The position numbers and the translations under genes are program-made. The notes beneath the pieces were generated by a model. That model was given only the letters and a program-made list of their open reading frames with translations. It had not been told where the DNA came from and did not search any database. Below are positions 52,294 to 64,000 of a stretch of DNA of 64,000 bases, in pieces (position 1 is the stretch's first letter; every line of letters begins with the position of its first letter). The stretch covers positions 122,390,001 through 122,454,000 of the forward strand of contig CM059432.1 in the NCBI GenBank assembly GCA_030390025.1, given 5' to 3'. This stretch comes from Squalus acanthias. Lineage: Eukaryota.

Positions 52294-55200
52294 GGATTTG
52301 TGTGTGGACTGGTGGATGAGCGCAAACAGTCCAAGTTACTGAACACTCCGAACCTAACGTTTGACATAGCATGCAAAATTGCACTAACTATGGAGATGGC
52401 ATCTAAGACTGCTAAGGAGCTCCGTCCACCTCAAGTGACTAGTGCAGCTGAGGTCTACAGTCACAAAGCCACCGCCAAACCTAAAGCTATGAGACTGGGT
52501 CAAAAGCATGTCGGTGAGAGCAGTTCAGTGAATTGTTATCGCTGCAATGGAAATCACTCACCACAGATTGCCGATATAGAAATGCGAAGTGTTTTCACCG
52601 CCAGAAGCAAGGCCATATTTCAACAGTTTGCAGAGCTAGATCAAAAGCAGGAAGTAAGAAGCATTCTAGTGGCAATGCAAAGCAGCGACGACAAAAGGGA
52701 AGAATTCACAATATTGAAGTGAGCACACCTGATATTGAAGGACGAGGCATCTACGGTATCTATGCCACTAGCGGCAACACCAGCATTCGTGAGAAAGACT
52801 TCTGTACAAAACTTTTGTTCAACGAGCAATATATTGATATTTTTATCGACACAGCGGCGGACTGCTCTATCATGAGTAAGGACACGTATGAGTGTAAGTT
52901 TAATCAAATACCACTTACAAAGAGTACCGCAGAGTTAAAAACCTGCTCTGGAGAAATCCTAGAGACATGTGGACAAATGGAATGTACAGTTCAGCACAAT
53001 GGCCAATCAGTAAAGCTGCCTATTATTGTAGTGAGCTACAACAGGTCAACCCTCATGGGCAAAGACTGGTTGAGAAAGTTAAAACTAGATTGGAAAAACA
53101 TCTTCAGTGTAGATGCTTCAAAGAAGCGACTCAACACAATGCTGAACAAGTATAAAAGCATGTTCACAGACAGTTATGAGGGCATCACTGGGTACGACAC
53201 ACATATCCGCATCAAGTCCAACGCAAAGGCTTTTTATTGTAAGGCAAGGCCGGTCCCCATCCGTTGAAAGGTCAGGTGGAGGAAGAGCTAGCGAAGCTCA
53301 GAGAGAATGGAGGGCCAGTAAAAACTGACAAATGTGAATGGGCTACTCCGATTGTGGTAGTGCCCAAAGCAGACAAAACTGTACGCTTGTGTGGTGACTA
53401 CAAAGTTACTATCAACCAAGCAGTTGACGATGAGCAGTATCCATTGCAAGATTTGTATGCAGCACTGTCTGAGTGAAAGGTTTTCTCCAAGCTTGACCTG
53501 TCACACGCTTACACTCAGCTGAATGTTGACAAAGAGAGTCAACAGTATCTCACTATCAACACACACAAGGGACTGTACTCATACACCAAGCTGCCGTATG
53601 GTGTAAAGCCCTCCCCCAATATCTTCCAGGCTACGATGGATAAGATTTTGCAAGGTGTTCCAAGTTTCTTATGTAATCAAGATGATGCGCTGATCACAAC
53701 AAGCAGTGAGGAAGAAAATCTAGAAGTGTTAGATTTAGTGTTTCAAAGATTTAATTCCCACAATGTCAAATTGAAAAGGAGCAAATGTGCTTTTGTGCAG
53801 CCTGAGGTTGGGTACCTTGGTCTGAAAGTTGATACAAATGGCTTGCAAGCAGTGAAGGAAAAGGTTGATACTGGCATCAATGCTCCAAAGCCACAGAATG
53901 TGTCTGAGTTAAGATCGTTCCTTGGAATGGTCCAGTACTACACACGTTTCTTACCTGAGTTAGCGACCATGTTAGCTCCATTGCACAAGCTCCTCAAGAA
54001 GGATGTCCAGTGGAAATGGACGAAAGCGCAACAGGAAGCTTAAGATGCTTGTAAGAGAAGTCTCCCTAGCGATGTTCTACTTGTGCACTACGACACAGAG
54101 CGTGAGCTTAAGTTAGTGCGTGATGCTTCTAGTTACGGTGTGGGAGCTGTCATAAGCCATGTAATGGATGACAGCCAAGAGAAACCAATCATGTTCGCAT
54201 CGCGAACCCTCACAAAGAGCGAAAGAAACTACGCACAAATTGAAAAGGAAGCACTCGCCATAGTGTTTGGAATCAAGAAATTCTAACAGTTCCTGATCAG
54301 CAGAAAGTTTACCCTGATAACTGATCACAAACTGCTCCTAGCAATATTGGGGCCCAAATCTGCCATCCCTGCAATGGCTGCATCAAGAATGCAACGTTGG
54401 ACAGTGTTGTTGTCACAATATGACTACACGATTGAATATTGCACTTCACAGCAGAACGCAATCGCAGATGCCTTGTCCAGGTTGCCACATGAAGACTCAT
54501 GTGTTGGGAGTGAAGGTGCGATTTTTCACACTAGGTGCAGTTGACAAAGACTTTCCCGTGAATGCAACTGAGATTACAAATGAAACTCAAAAGAGCTCAG
54601 TACTGAAAAGAGTGTATGAAAACACCTTGAATGGATGAACTGATCAGTGTATGAACACCGAGTTGAAACCATTCCATAACCGTCGTACTGAATTGTCTTG
54701 TGAGCAAGGTTGTATCAAGTGGGGAAACAGAGTGGTGGTACCGACTTTGTTGAAAAATAGAATTATAGCCAAACTTCATACTGAACATCCAGGGATCGTC
54801 AGTATGAAATCAATTGCAAGAAGTTTTGTTTACTGGCCTGGATTGGACAGTGATCTTAAATCACTTGTCAGCAAATGCAGCGTTTACCAAAATTGCAGAA
54901 ACAAACCTCCCAAAACTCCACTACAACCCTGGTCATGGCCAAGTAGACCTTTTCAGAGAGTACATGTAGACTTCTGTGAGAAAGCAAATGATTATTTCCT
55001 CGTACTTGTAGCTATTCACTCAAAGTGGATTGAAGTGAAACACATGGGTTCAAATACTACAACTGAACGTACCATAGATGAGTTGAGGTCTATCTTCGCA
55101 TGTCATGGCTTACCTGAAGAGCTTGTTTCTGACAATGGCTCTCAGTTCCGTTCTGCTCTATTCCAAGAGCTCATGAAATGGAACGGTATCAAACACACTC

Positions 55201-55905
55201 TCGTTCCACCATAACATCCAGCTTCAAACGGAGCAGCCGAAAGGTCAGTCAGAATAGTAAAAGAAGTTCTCAAAAAACAAGTGTTGCAGGGTTGTTCGGG
55301 ACTCAGCATGAAGCAATGTTTGGCAAATTTCTTGCTGAAGTACAGAACTACTCCGCACACTACAACTGGATATACCCCAGCAGAACTCTTGATGAAGAGG
55401 AGATTGAGAACACGATGGAGTCTTGTTCAACCAAATTTGGCCTCAAGAGTTGAACAGAAACAGTTGAGTCAGAAACGTTATTATGACAGCAATCAGAAAG
55501 AACGCAGTTTCAAACAAAACGAGTGTGTTTGTGTTCTCAGTCCCCCTGGAAAGTCGAGTTCACACGAGTGGGATATAGGAACCATAGTAGAGGTTGGTGG
55601 AATAAAGAGATATTTGGTTGAAATTGGTGACAACATCCTAAGTTTTCATGTAGATCAAATGATCTCTGCTAGAGATGAAACAAGACATGATCTTGAACCA
55701 CTTGATCATGAACACATACATGAGTTTGACTCAGTTCAGACTTCAGTAACTGAAGGTACCAGGTTCAAACAAGTCTGAGATAGAAACAGGATCATCTTTG
55801 AGTTCGGAACCAAAACAAAACAGCCCGAAAATTGGTTCAACACCAAAACCTTCTTTAAGGAGATCAGGAAGGCTTCGCAAGCCTCTTATTAAACTGGATT
55901 TGTAG
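52294..55905 (+). pseudogene. Gypsy gag C-terminus + pol (protease, RT, RNase H, integrase), many stops and frameshifts
   Basis: Two zinc knuckles (CYRCNGNH, CFH..KQGHISTVC), IDTAAD, WATPIVVVPK/RLCGDYK, NQDD, DASSYGVGAV, RVHVDF/VSDNG/SNGAAER. Confidence 0.93.
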
Positions 55906-56049
55906 TTCATTTGTAGCATTTGTAGTTCATTTAAAAGAAAAAAAAGCCAGGAGTTTTTGTTATGTGGTACATGTAATGCTGGGAAAAGTGGGACCATAGT
56001 TTTGTGTATTTGAGAGGGGAATATGTGCATTTTTTTAAGGGGAAAGCAG

Positions 56050-56137
56050 TGTAATGTATAATCACATGGTTTGTCACATGGTTTAGTATGAGCATGCTCA
56101 GTTCGCTCTGGCCTAGTAAAGCAAATACATGAACCAG
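56050..56137 (+). repeat. Gypsy 3' LTR (truncated), preceded by PPT AAGGGGAAAGCAG
   Basis: Direct repeat of 41766-41853; ends abruptly at a MITE fragment. Confidence 0.88.
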
Positions 56138-56399
56138 TCGGACATAGCGTCCGGCGGTAAGTCAGGGGGCGCTACCGAAGATCGCGGCCGGGGCGCGAGC
56201 GGGCCGCTGCGCACGGCAATGTCGTCATTGCCGGTGGCGCAGCGCTGCAGGGCGCTAACGGTTACCGCCGCCGCTAACCTCCCACTGAATTTCGTGGGAG
56301 GTGTTGGCGGCGCCGCGCCCGGGCGCTAGTTGCTTTGCACCCCGTTAGCGCCCTCTTAGGGTGCTAACGGGAGGTGCAAAGCAACCGAATTTTTTCCCC
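56138..56399. mobile_element. One-ended fragment of the CpG-rich MITE family
   Basis: Reverse complement of 16457-16708; ends GAATTTTTTCCCC. Confidence 0.85.
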
Positions 56400-58187
56400 T
56401 TACTTTCTTGTACTGATGCAATGTTTCAAACATATTAAACGTTCCATGTGTCACCAAGCCTGTTAGCTGGTGCCAATACAAATTTAATGTTAAAAAAGTC
56501 ATTACTTATGCTATACCAGTGCCATGTTTAATCCAATGTGATGACTTTAAATCCCACTTAAAATAAAACTAAGCTCTTTGCCCTGTCGGTACACAATGCA
56601 CAAAGCCAATCTGCTCATCCACAATGTAAAATGAACAATAAATCATGGACAGCCTTGTCAGCATATCTAATGCATCAATGTATGATGTCAAGGAGAACCA
56701 TGTAATCAGCTTGTAAAATAACTGAAGATGCCATGAACACAGGTATAAAGTTTAATTGCAATATAAAACAAATGTTCAATATATTTTACACTAAAATTGC
56801 CCAAAGGAAAATGATTTTGAAAATCTGATCATAAATTTTTCATACTTCCACTAGTGCAACCTTCACAGCAGCAGAACACTTGTCATCAATTATTTTGCTG
56901 TCAACTGATTAGAAATGTATTTATAACCCTGAACACGCCAGTAAACAATTATCAGCAAAACTGGTTGGTGTGATGTGGGAAGGAATGCAGGAATTCAATC
57001 TGGAATAATCATGGGCTGAAATCAGAGTGAAAAATGTTTGTTCTTTGCATGGTTGTTCTTACCTATATATCTTAAATAGGATTTGAACTGATCAGAACGA
57101 GTGCCACTCAAACTGTTGTAAAATGAGAATGCATCATGCAGAAATTAAAGAATATTTAAATTGTATTTTGTTTTCCCCATTACAGAAAATCAGAGGGAAT
57201 GAAACCAGGAGTGTTGTTTCCACTTTTTTTGCGAGACTCTGCCCCCGATGGGAGTGTGGATCTGATATCCAGGTGTGGGATTCGGCATGCCTGCTTTGCG
57301 CCGCTCCTGATTTTCAGTGACTAATTTTAGTCTGACCTCCACACCCAATTTTCCAAGGGAGCCTTGGCTTACAAACTTTACCCTCTAATCTTTACTCTTT
57401 TTTCCCCCTAAGGGCAATGTCCTCAGTGATTGGCAAGATCAATCACTGATCTGGGTTACTTTGAGCATTTGGAGGGATAACTGCTGTCTCTCTCACATTC
57501 TCCTGGGGCTATCATTTAGCTTGCCCCATGGAGGAATTCTCACATCCTGCCCCTGATGGTGTAGCAGGGATTCCTGAGCTGGTAAGATAAGGACTTCAAG
57601 CACCTCACTCAGCTGTCTAATAAAGGTGAGCTTCAGTCATGCAAGGCTTTGTAGAATTGGCTGTGGTAATATTTTACTGCTACCTCCAGTTACATCACTT
57701 TCTTGCCAATGAAAATGTGAAAGCCCACAATTATAGGCCTTTGACGACACTGGAGGATTTGCTTTCTCTAAAATGTTGCGTTTTCGGGCAGTTTTAAGGC
57801 ATTTAAAAGAGAAAAATAGGGCAGTATGTCTTACCATCCCAACAAATGGCTACCAAAATTGTACTCCTAGAAAATCACTGTTCTTGTCTGCCCTAAGTCC
57901 ACCCCACCACATGTAAATGGGGAAAGTTGGTATGACCAAGCTGTCCCTTAATCTCCCCCAGTTAACACCCCTAACCTAACATCGGGAAACAATATCGCTA
58001 TGAAAGTGGTAGTAGGAGCAACACAGCAGTATTCCTAAGGCAGAAATTGCTTAGAGGAGGCCATTGTTGGAGAATGTTACTACTTGTTTCTAAAAGCTTA
58101 TTCAGATGAGGATATTATGGCTGTTCAGGCTCAAGGACTTCAGCCATTTACAGTGTATTCCGTGGAAATTAAAAGTTTGAAGTGAAT

Positions 58188-58390
58188 GGGGGAAAAATTG
58201 AGGTGCTACTGGAAGCACCCCGCCTCCCTCTTGCGGCGCTGCGAGGGAATATCGCCACCGCTGCTAACCTCCCGCTGAATTTCACGGGAGGCGTTGGCAG
58301 CACCACGCCCGGGCACTAGTTGCTTTGCGTCCCGTTAACACCCTCTTAGGGCGCTAACAGGAGGCGCAAAGCAACCGAATTTTTCTCCCC
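58188..58390. mobile_element. Internally deleted copy of the CpG-rich MITE family
   Basis: GGGGGAAAAATT / AATTTTCTCCCC; right arm matches 56270-56399. Confidence 0.8.
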
Positions 58391-58621
58391 ATTCATGGCG
58401 GAGAAGAGGAGGAAGTTATGAAAGAGGTTATGGAGTAACAAAGAGTAAGACATCACAGAAGATGCTTGTTTTAGCCGCTGCACAAGGTTTATAGACTTAC
58501 CTTGATGTTGCCATGAGAAGGCTGCACTTCCCAAGGAGGCTATTGGAGAGTTATGCCAACTGCTGGCCGCAGTCTTGCAGACCACTTCAACAAGAAGCCT
58601 TGTCAGTAGCTATTAAAGTGA

Positions 58622-59040
58622 CTTCCTTCTTCTTAGGCAGTCCCTCGGAACCAAGGATGACTTGCTTCCACACTAAAAATTAGTTCTCAGGTGACTGATG
58701 AGTCAATGCGGGACCTACAGTCTCTGTCACAGATGGGGCAGATGGTGGTTGAAGGGGCGGGTGAGTGGGGTGCTTGGGTTGACGTGTGCTCTTTCCGTTG
58801 TTTGCGCTTGGCTTCCGCTTGCTCCCGGCGAAGAGACTCGAGGTATTCGGTGCCTTCCCGGATGCTTCTCCTCCACTTCGTGCGGTCTTGGACCAGGGAT
58901 TCCCAGGTGTCGGTGGGGATGTTGCACTTTTTCAAGGAGGCTTTGAGGGTGCCCTTGAAGCATTTCCTCTGCCCACCTGGGGCTCTCGTACGCTTCGGTG
59001 AAGGTGTTGACGATGGTTTGGAGTTCGGCCTCAGAGTGTG
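58622..59040 (-). mobile_element. RTE-clade LINE 3' fragment with internal deletion
   Basis: GGQRKCFKGTLKASLKKCNIPTDTWESLVQDRTKWRRSI, CxxC, (GAA)n tail. Confidence 0.82.
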
Positions 59041-59347
59041 ACCACAGTGACCACAGCAATGAATGCAACCGCATTATTCCAGGCAGTTCTTAAAGGGTTG
59101 CAAGTAAACAAAAAGGGAAAGTTGTAGTGGTAACAGAAAAGTTACCTAATTGTTCATAATGGTACAGCAGAGACATTCGGGCTGCAGTGTTGCTTTTTAA
59201 GTTGATGAATCGCAAGTCCTGCTGCAGGATGTGTACCAAAGGAAGAAGGCTACATTTATAGCTGAAGGCCACCGTCTAGTAAAAGCGCAGGTGCCAGCTG
59301 AGTGGAAGAAGGTTGTTGATCAGGTCAATCCAGGTACCCAGCTCTCT

Positions 59348-60325
59348 CATAGAAACATAGAAATATAGAAGATAGGAGCAGGAGTAGGCCATTCGGCCCA
59401 TCGAGCCTGTTCCGCCATTTAATGAGATCATGGCTGATCATCCAAATTCAGTTGCCTGTCCCTGCTTTCTCCCCATATCCCTTGATCCCCTTAGCCTTAA
59501 GAAATATATCTAACTCCTTCTTGAATATATTTAATGAATTGGCCTCAACTGCCTTGTGTGGTAGAGAATTCCACAGGTTCACCACTCTCTGGGTGAAGAA
59601 ATTCCTCCTCATCTCAGTCCTAAATGGCTTACCCCTTATCCTTAGACTGTGACCCCTGGTTCTGGACTCCCCCGTCATCGGGAACATCCTTCCTGCATCT
59701 AATCTGTCTAGTCCTGTTATAATTTTATAAGTTTCAATGAGATCCCCTCTCATTCTTCTAAACTCTAGCGAATATAAGCCTAATCGACCCAATCTCTCTT
59801 CATACGTCATTCCTGCCATCCCAGGTATCAGTCTGGTGAATCTTCGCTGCACTGCCTCCATGGCAAGAACATCCTTCCTCAGATAAGGCGACCAAAACTG
59901 CACACAATACTCAAGGTGTGGTCTCACCAAGGCCCTGTACAACTGCAGCAAGACATCCTTGCTCCTGTACTCGAATCCTCTCGCTATGAAGGCCAACATA
60001 CCATTTGCCTTCTTAACCGCCTGCTGCACCTGCATGCTTACCTTCAGCGACTGGTGCACAAGGACACCCAGGTCTCGTTGCACTTCCCCTTTTCCCAATC
60101 TATTGCCGTGCAGATAATAATCTGTCTTCCTGTTTTTGCCACCGAAGTGGATAACCTCGCATTTATCCACATTATACTGCATTTGCCATTCATCTGCCCA
60201 ATCACCCAACCTGTCCAAATCATACTGGAGTTTCTCTGCATCTCCTCACAGCACACACGCCCACCCAGCATTGTGTCGTCTGCAAACTTGGAGATATTAC
60301 ATCTAGTTCCCTCGTCTAGATCATT
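59348..60325 (-). mobile_element. CR1 3' portion with a 256-codon open ORF2 C-terminus
   Basis: [33 protein letters not shown]; (catagaaa) tail. Confidence 0.93.
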
Positions 60326-61689
60326 ACCAAGTGAGCAAGATTTTTTTGAAATTTCAAGGGAAGACAGTTTTTCTCAATTTTGCTCCCATATCTTGTAGGA
60401 CACAATAAGCATGGCACAAACCTAAACTAGGACCTCCCATATCAACCGAAAGGCACCAATAAATATTGTGCACAATCATTGACCTTATGCATACACTCTT
60501 GCATTGTACCAAAACTGAATGGCGCACCTTTCTTGAAGGTGGAGGTGGCAGCCGATGAATAGTAAACAGATGCTAAGACGTCAGATGCTCCCATGGTCTT
60601 CTCAATGAGGTGGGCAGCCATGTTTGCCCTGAGGGTGGTCCTGTTCTCCTAAGAGCAATCCAGCCAATCTTTCTTCTGCTTCAAATAATACAGGTACCAT
60701 GGAATGCCACACAATGAAGGCATTATGACTGCTTCCTGGATGTGCATGATAATGTTTCTTTGGTCTGATGCCAGCTGAACGCTAACCTTTTCTCTTCAGG
60801 AAGGCCATTGGGTTAATATGAAGAACCCTGATGTCTATCTTAGTACCACATGCAACTCTTTACACTTGAGGGAACACTGCTGCCCACTGAAAGCTATGGC
60901 TTCTGTCCCTCTAATACCATCCTTGGCAGGAAAAGTGATGGGGTCATGAAATGCTCCTGGATTTGTTGGCTCCTCATAAACTTTGCCATCTCATCTCAAT
61001 TGTACAGCACGTTTGAAATGCCCCAAAAAATACCCATTCTCGACTCTTTGTAAAGTTCAATGTCAAAGCCAACAACAACCAAAAATGACAAAGAAAAGTA
61101 AAAATGGAGGACTACCTGGAAAAACCAAGTAATGCATGGAGCAGAATGCAGCATAGAGATCATGGAAACACAAAACAAAAATTAAGGGAAAACACCTCGC
61201 TGCTTTAAGAGGTTCGCTTCAGCAGGCTAACTCCCCAGGACTCCTGTGCATCCAGTTTCTTTAGGAAAACTTTTAAAATTCAGGGCTAGGAAGTTTACCA
61301 TGGGATTAGCATATTGAATTGAGGTCAGCAATACAGTCAGTAGTGTGACTTCATTTTTCAGCCCCAAATCACGGCTTGCAAAATTGCGTGCCCTGTGAAC
61401 CAGTTGAAACATAGTTGAAATAGTTGTAAGAAAGGATTCTTAGATGGAATACAGAACAGCTAAATATCTGAGTCAAGCTTGATTTTCAAAGAGCTATTAA
61501 TGATGGCACTAGTTCAGCACTGAAAGTCTCTTTATGCAGCAGGATACAAAATATAACTTTATATTCAGTTAAGTGACATGGTTTCTTTATTATATGACTG
61601 TACAATGTAGCTGCCACCAAACTAAAGTAGCACTAAGGGAGAATAGTCACTCACTACAGTGTTATCTTTCTTGCTTGTTGTTCATCCAC

Positions 61690-61877
61690 CAACGCAACAA
61701 ATTTAAAATTCACATCCGTGTTTTCAAATTCCTCCATGGCCTCGCCCCTTCCTATCTCTGTAACCTCCGGCTGCCCTACAACTCTCTGAGAACTCTGCGT
61801 TACTCCAATTCTGGCCTCTTGAGCCTCTCTAACCTCCTTCGTCCCACCATTGGCGGCCGTGTCTTCAGCTCTCTGGG
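61690..61877 (+). mobile_element. L2 LINE fragment
   Basis: FKIHIRVFKFLHGLAPSYL...GGRVFSSLG; homologous to 581-769. Confidence 0.8.
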
Positions 61878-61980
61878 ATTTTCAACAGGTCATGATGCGG
61901 AGATGCCGGTGTTGGACTGGGGTGGACAAAATTGAGAGGTTGCACAACACCAGGTTATAGTCCAACAGTTTTATTTGAAA

Positions 61981-62022
61981 TCACAAGCTTTCGGAGCTAT
62001 CGATTGCTCCTTCCTCAGGTGA
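61981..62022 (-). ncRNA. Minimal type I hammerhead ribozyme (left arm copy)
   Basis: Reverse complement of 63773-63814. Confidence 0.8.
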
Positions 62023-62359
62023 AGTAAATTAGATACAGAATCGCCAAAGCATATATAGATAGAGAACAAAGCATGTGTACCTTACAATTGCAGACCACTA
62101 AATGAAATCATCCTGACTATCTGCCGAGGTGTGATAAAGTTAATCAAGTCAGCCAGGAAGGTACCACATCAAAGACATAGCAAGATACAACTGAGACAAT
62201 GAGGTGTAGTCGCAGGGGTTCTAACGTGTCAAAAGCTGCCGTCTGTATGTAAAACGAAAAGCTTTAAAATTTTTACTTTTTTACTGGGAAAATTTTTACT
62301 TTTTTACTGGGAATCACATCTGTGAACAAGCCAACGACGACTCGAGTCCGGATCACGAC

Positions 62360-63442
62360 ATGTATCGTGACATAAACCCAAGATCCCGGTTGAGACCATC
62401 ACTGAAAAGACTACACGATAACATAAACAAGTTCCATCCCACCATCAAACTCACCATGGACTACTCCTCAGAATCGGTCTCATTCCTGGACACACGAATC
62501 TCCATCAAAGACGGACACCTCAGCACTTCACTCTACCGCAAGCCCACGGACAACCTCACGATGCTCCACTTCTCCAGCTTCCACCCTAACCATGTTAAAG
62601 AAGCCATCCCCTATGGACAAGCCCTGCGAATACACAGGATCTGCTCAGACGAGGAGGAACGCGATGGACACCTACGGACGCTGAAAAACGCCCTCGTAAG
62701 AACGGGATATGACGCTCGACTCATCGATCGACAGTTCCGACGGGCCACAGCGAAAAATCGCATAGACCTCCTCAGAAGGCAAACACGGGACACAACCAAC
62801 AGGGTACCCTACGTCGTCCAGTACTTCCCCGGAGCGGAGAAACTACACCATGTTCTTCGCAGCCTTCAACATGTCATCGATGACGACAAACACCTCGCTA
62901 AGGCCATCCCCACGCCTCCACTACTTGCCTTCAAACAGCCGCCTAACCTCAGAAGTACCATCGTTCGCAGCAAATTACCCAGCTTTCAGGATAACAGCGA
63001 CCACGACACCACACAACCCTGCCATGGCAAACTCTGCAAGACATGCCAGATCATCAACACAAATACCACCATCACACGTGAGGACACTACCCACCAGGTA
63101 CATGGTACATACTCATGTGACTCGGCCAACGTTGTCTACCTCATACGTTGCAGGAAAGAATGCACCGCGGCATGGTACATCGGCGAGACCATGCAGACAC
63201 TGAGACAACGTATGAACGAGCACCGCGCAACAATCGCCAGGCAGGATTGTTACCTCCCAGTCGGGGAACACTTCAGCAGTCAAGGACATTCAGCCTCGGA
63301 TCTGCGGGTAAGCGTTCTCCAAGGCAACCTTAGAAACACACGACAACGCAAAATCATCGAGCAGAAACTGATAGCCAAGTTCCGCACTCATGAAGACGGT
63401 CTCAACCGGGATCTTGGGTTTATGTCACGATACATGACGTGA
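62360..63442 (+). CDS. Penelope RT C-terminus + GIY-YIG endonuclease (5'-truncated, frame open)
   Basis: SFLDTRI, LYRKPTD, CKTC, NVVYLIRC...YIGET..TLRQRMNEH, GLN; the YxDD catalytic motif is absent. Confidence 0.85.
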   Translation: MYRDINPRSRLRPSLKRLHDNINKFHPTIKLTMDYSSESVSFLDTRISIKDGHLSTSLYRKPTDNLTMLHFSSFHPNHVKEAIPYGQALRIHRICSDEEERDGHLRTLKNALVRTGYDARLIDRQFRRATAKNRIDLLRRQTRDTTNRVPYVVQYFPGAEKLHHVLRSLQHVIDDDKHLAKAIPTPPLLAFKQPPNLRSTIVRSKLPSFQDNSDHDTTQPCHGKLCKTCQIINTNTTITREDTTHQVHGTYSCDSANVVYLIRCRKECTAAWYIGETMQTLRQRMNEHRATIARQDCYLPVGEHFSSQGHSASDLRVSVLQGNLRNTRQRKIIEQKLIAKFRTHEDGLNRDLGFMSRYMT

Positions 63443-63772
63443 TCCAGACTCGAGTCGTCGTTGGCTTGTTCACAGATGTGATTCCCAGTAAAAAAGTAAA
63501 AATTTTCCCAGTAAAAAAGTAAAAATTTTAAAGCTTTTCGTTTTACATACAGACGGCAGCTTTTGACACGTTAGAACCCCTGCGACTACACCTCATTGTC
63601 TCAGTTGTATCTTGCTATGTCTTTGATGTGGTACCTTCCTGGCTGACTTGATTAACTTTATCACACCTCGGCAGATAGTCAGGATGATTTAATTTAGTGG
63701 TCTGCAATTGTAAGGTACACATGCTTTGTTCTCTATCTATATATGCTTTGGCGATTCTGTATCTAATTTACT

Positions 63773-63814
63773 TCACCTGAGGAAGGAGCAATCGATAGCT
63801 CCGAAAGCTTGTGA
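63773..63814 (+). ncRNA. Minimal type I hammerhead ribozyme
   Basis: TCAC-CTGAGGA-A-GGAGC(loop)GCTCC-GAAA-GC-TT-GTGA. Confidence 0.8.
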
Positions 63815-64000
63815 TTTCAAATAAAACTGTTGGACTATAACCTGGTGTTGTGCGACCTCTTAATTTTCAACAGGGTCAGGCAAATAACTGTGTGGCACAG
63901 AAGAAGTCCTACCCCTCCATTGTTACGGTGGCAGATTGGGATTGCGGACTTTCAGCCTCTTAATGTTTATTAACATATCAGTTTTAAGGGCATAAGAAAT

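Larger units (their letters stand above)
41766..56137 (+). mobile_element. Gypsy (Mag-like) LTR retrotransposon with ~9.7 kb of nested insertions
   Basis: Paired LTRs, PBS, PPT, and gag-PR-RT-RH-IN order. Confidence 0.93.
61890..63862 (+). mobile_element. Penelope-like retroelement, 5'-truncated, with inverted terminal arms, TSD ATTTTCAACAGG
   Basis: GIY-YIG ORF; arms 61928-62400 and 63395-63867; 12-bp direct repeat at 61878-61889 and 63863-63874. Confidence 0.93.

Overview
Eukaryotic, repeat-dense, non-genic or intronic DNA. The repeat families (V-SINE, Deu-type SINE, esterase-ORF1 CR1, L2, RTE, Penelope with hammerheads, intron-containing Harbingers) point to a cartilaginous fish; this is inference. 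I could not identify a host gene, and nearly all ORFs in the track are transposon-derived or spurious. Main structures: (1) a four-level nest at 41766-56137, where a Gypsy/Mag-like LTR element (tRNA-Ser PBS) has its gag split by a CR1, the CR1 is split by two Harbingers with intact TIRs and 3-bp TSDs, and one Harbinger carries a 1.65-kb solo LTR; (2) a second, inverted copy of that long solo LTR at 15802-18150, holding a young CpG-rich MITE; (3) a young Penelope insertion at 61890-63862 with ~470-bp inverted arms, a hammerhead ribozyme in each arm and an open RT-C-terminus/GIY-YIG ORF; (4) a near full-length CR1 at ~19822-24390; (5) a third Harbinger at 35757-39683 plus many MITEs and SINEs. 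Retroposons lie mostly on the minus strand, hinting at an intron of a plus-strand gene. I found no clearly novel biological system; the long solo LTR family is the least explained element. Coordinates were read by eye, and ends without a TSD are approximate.
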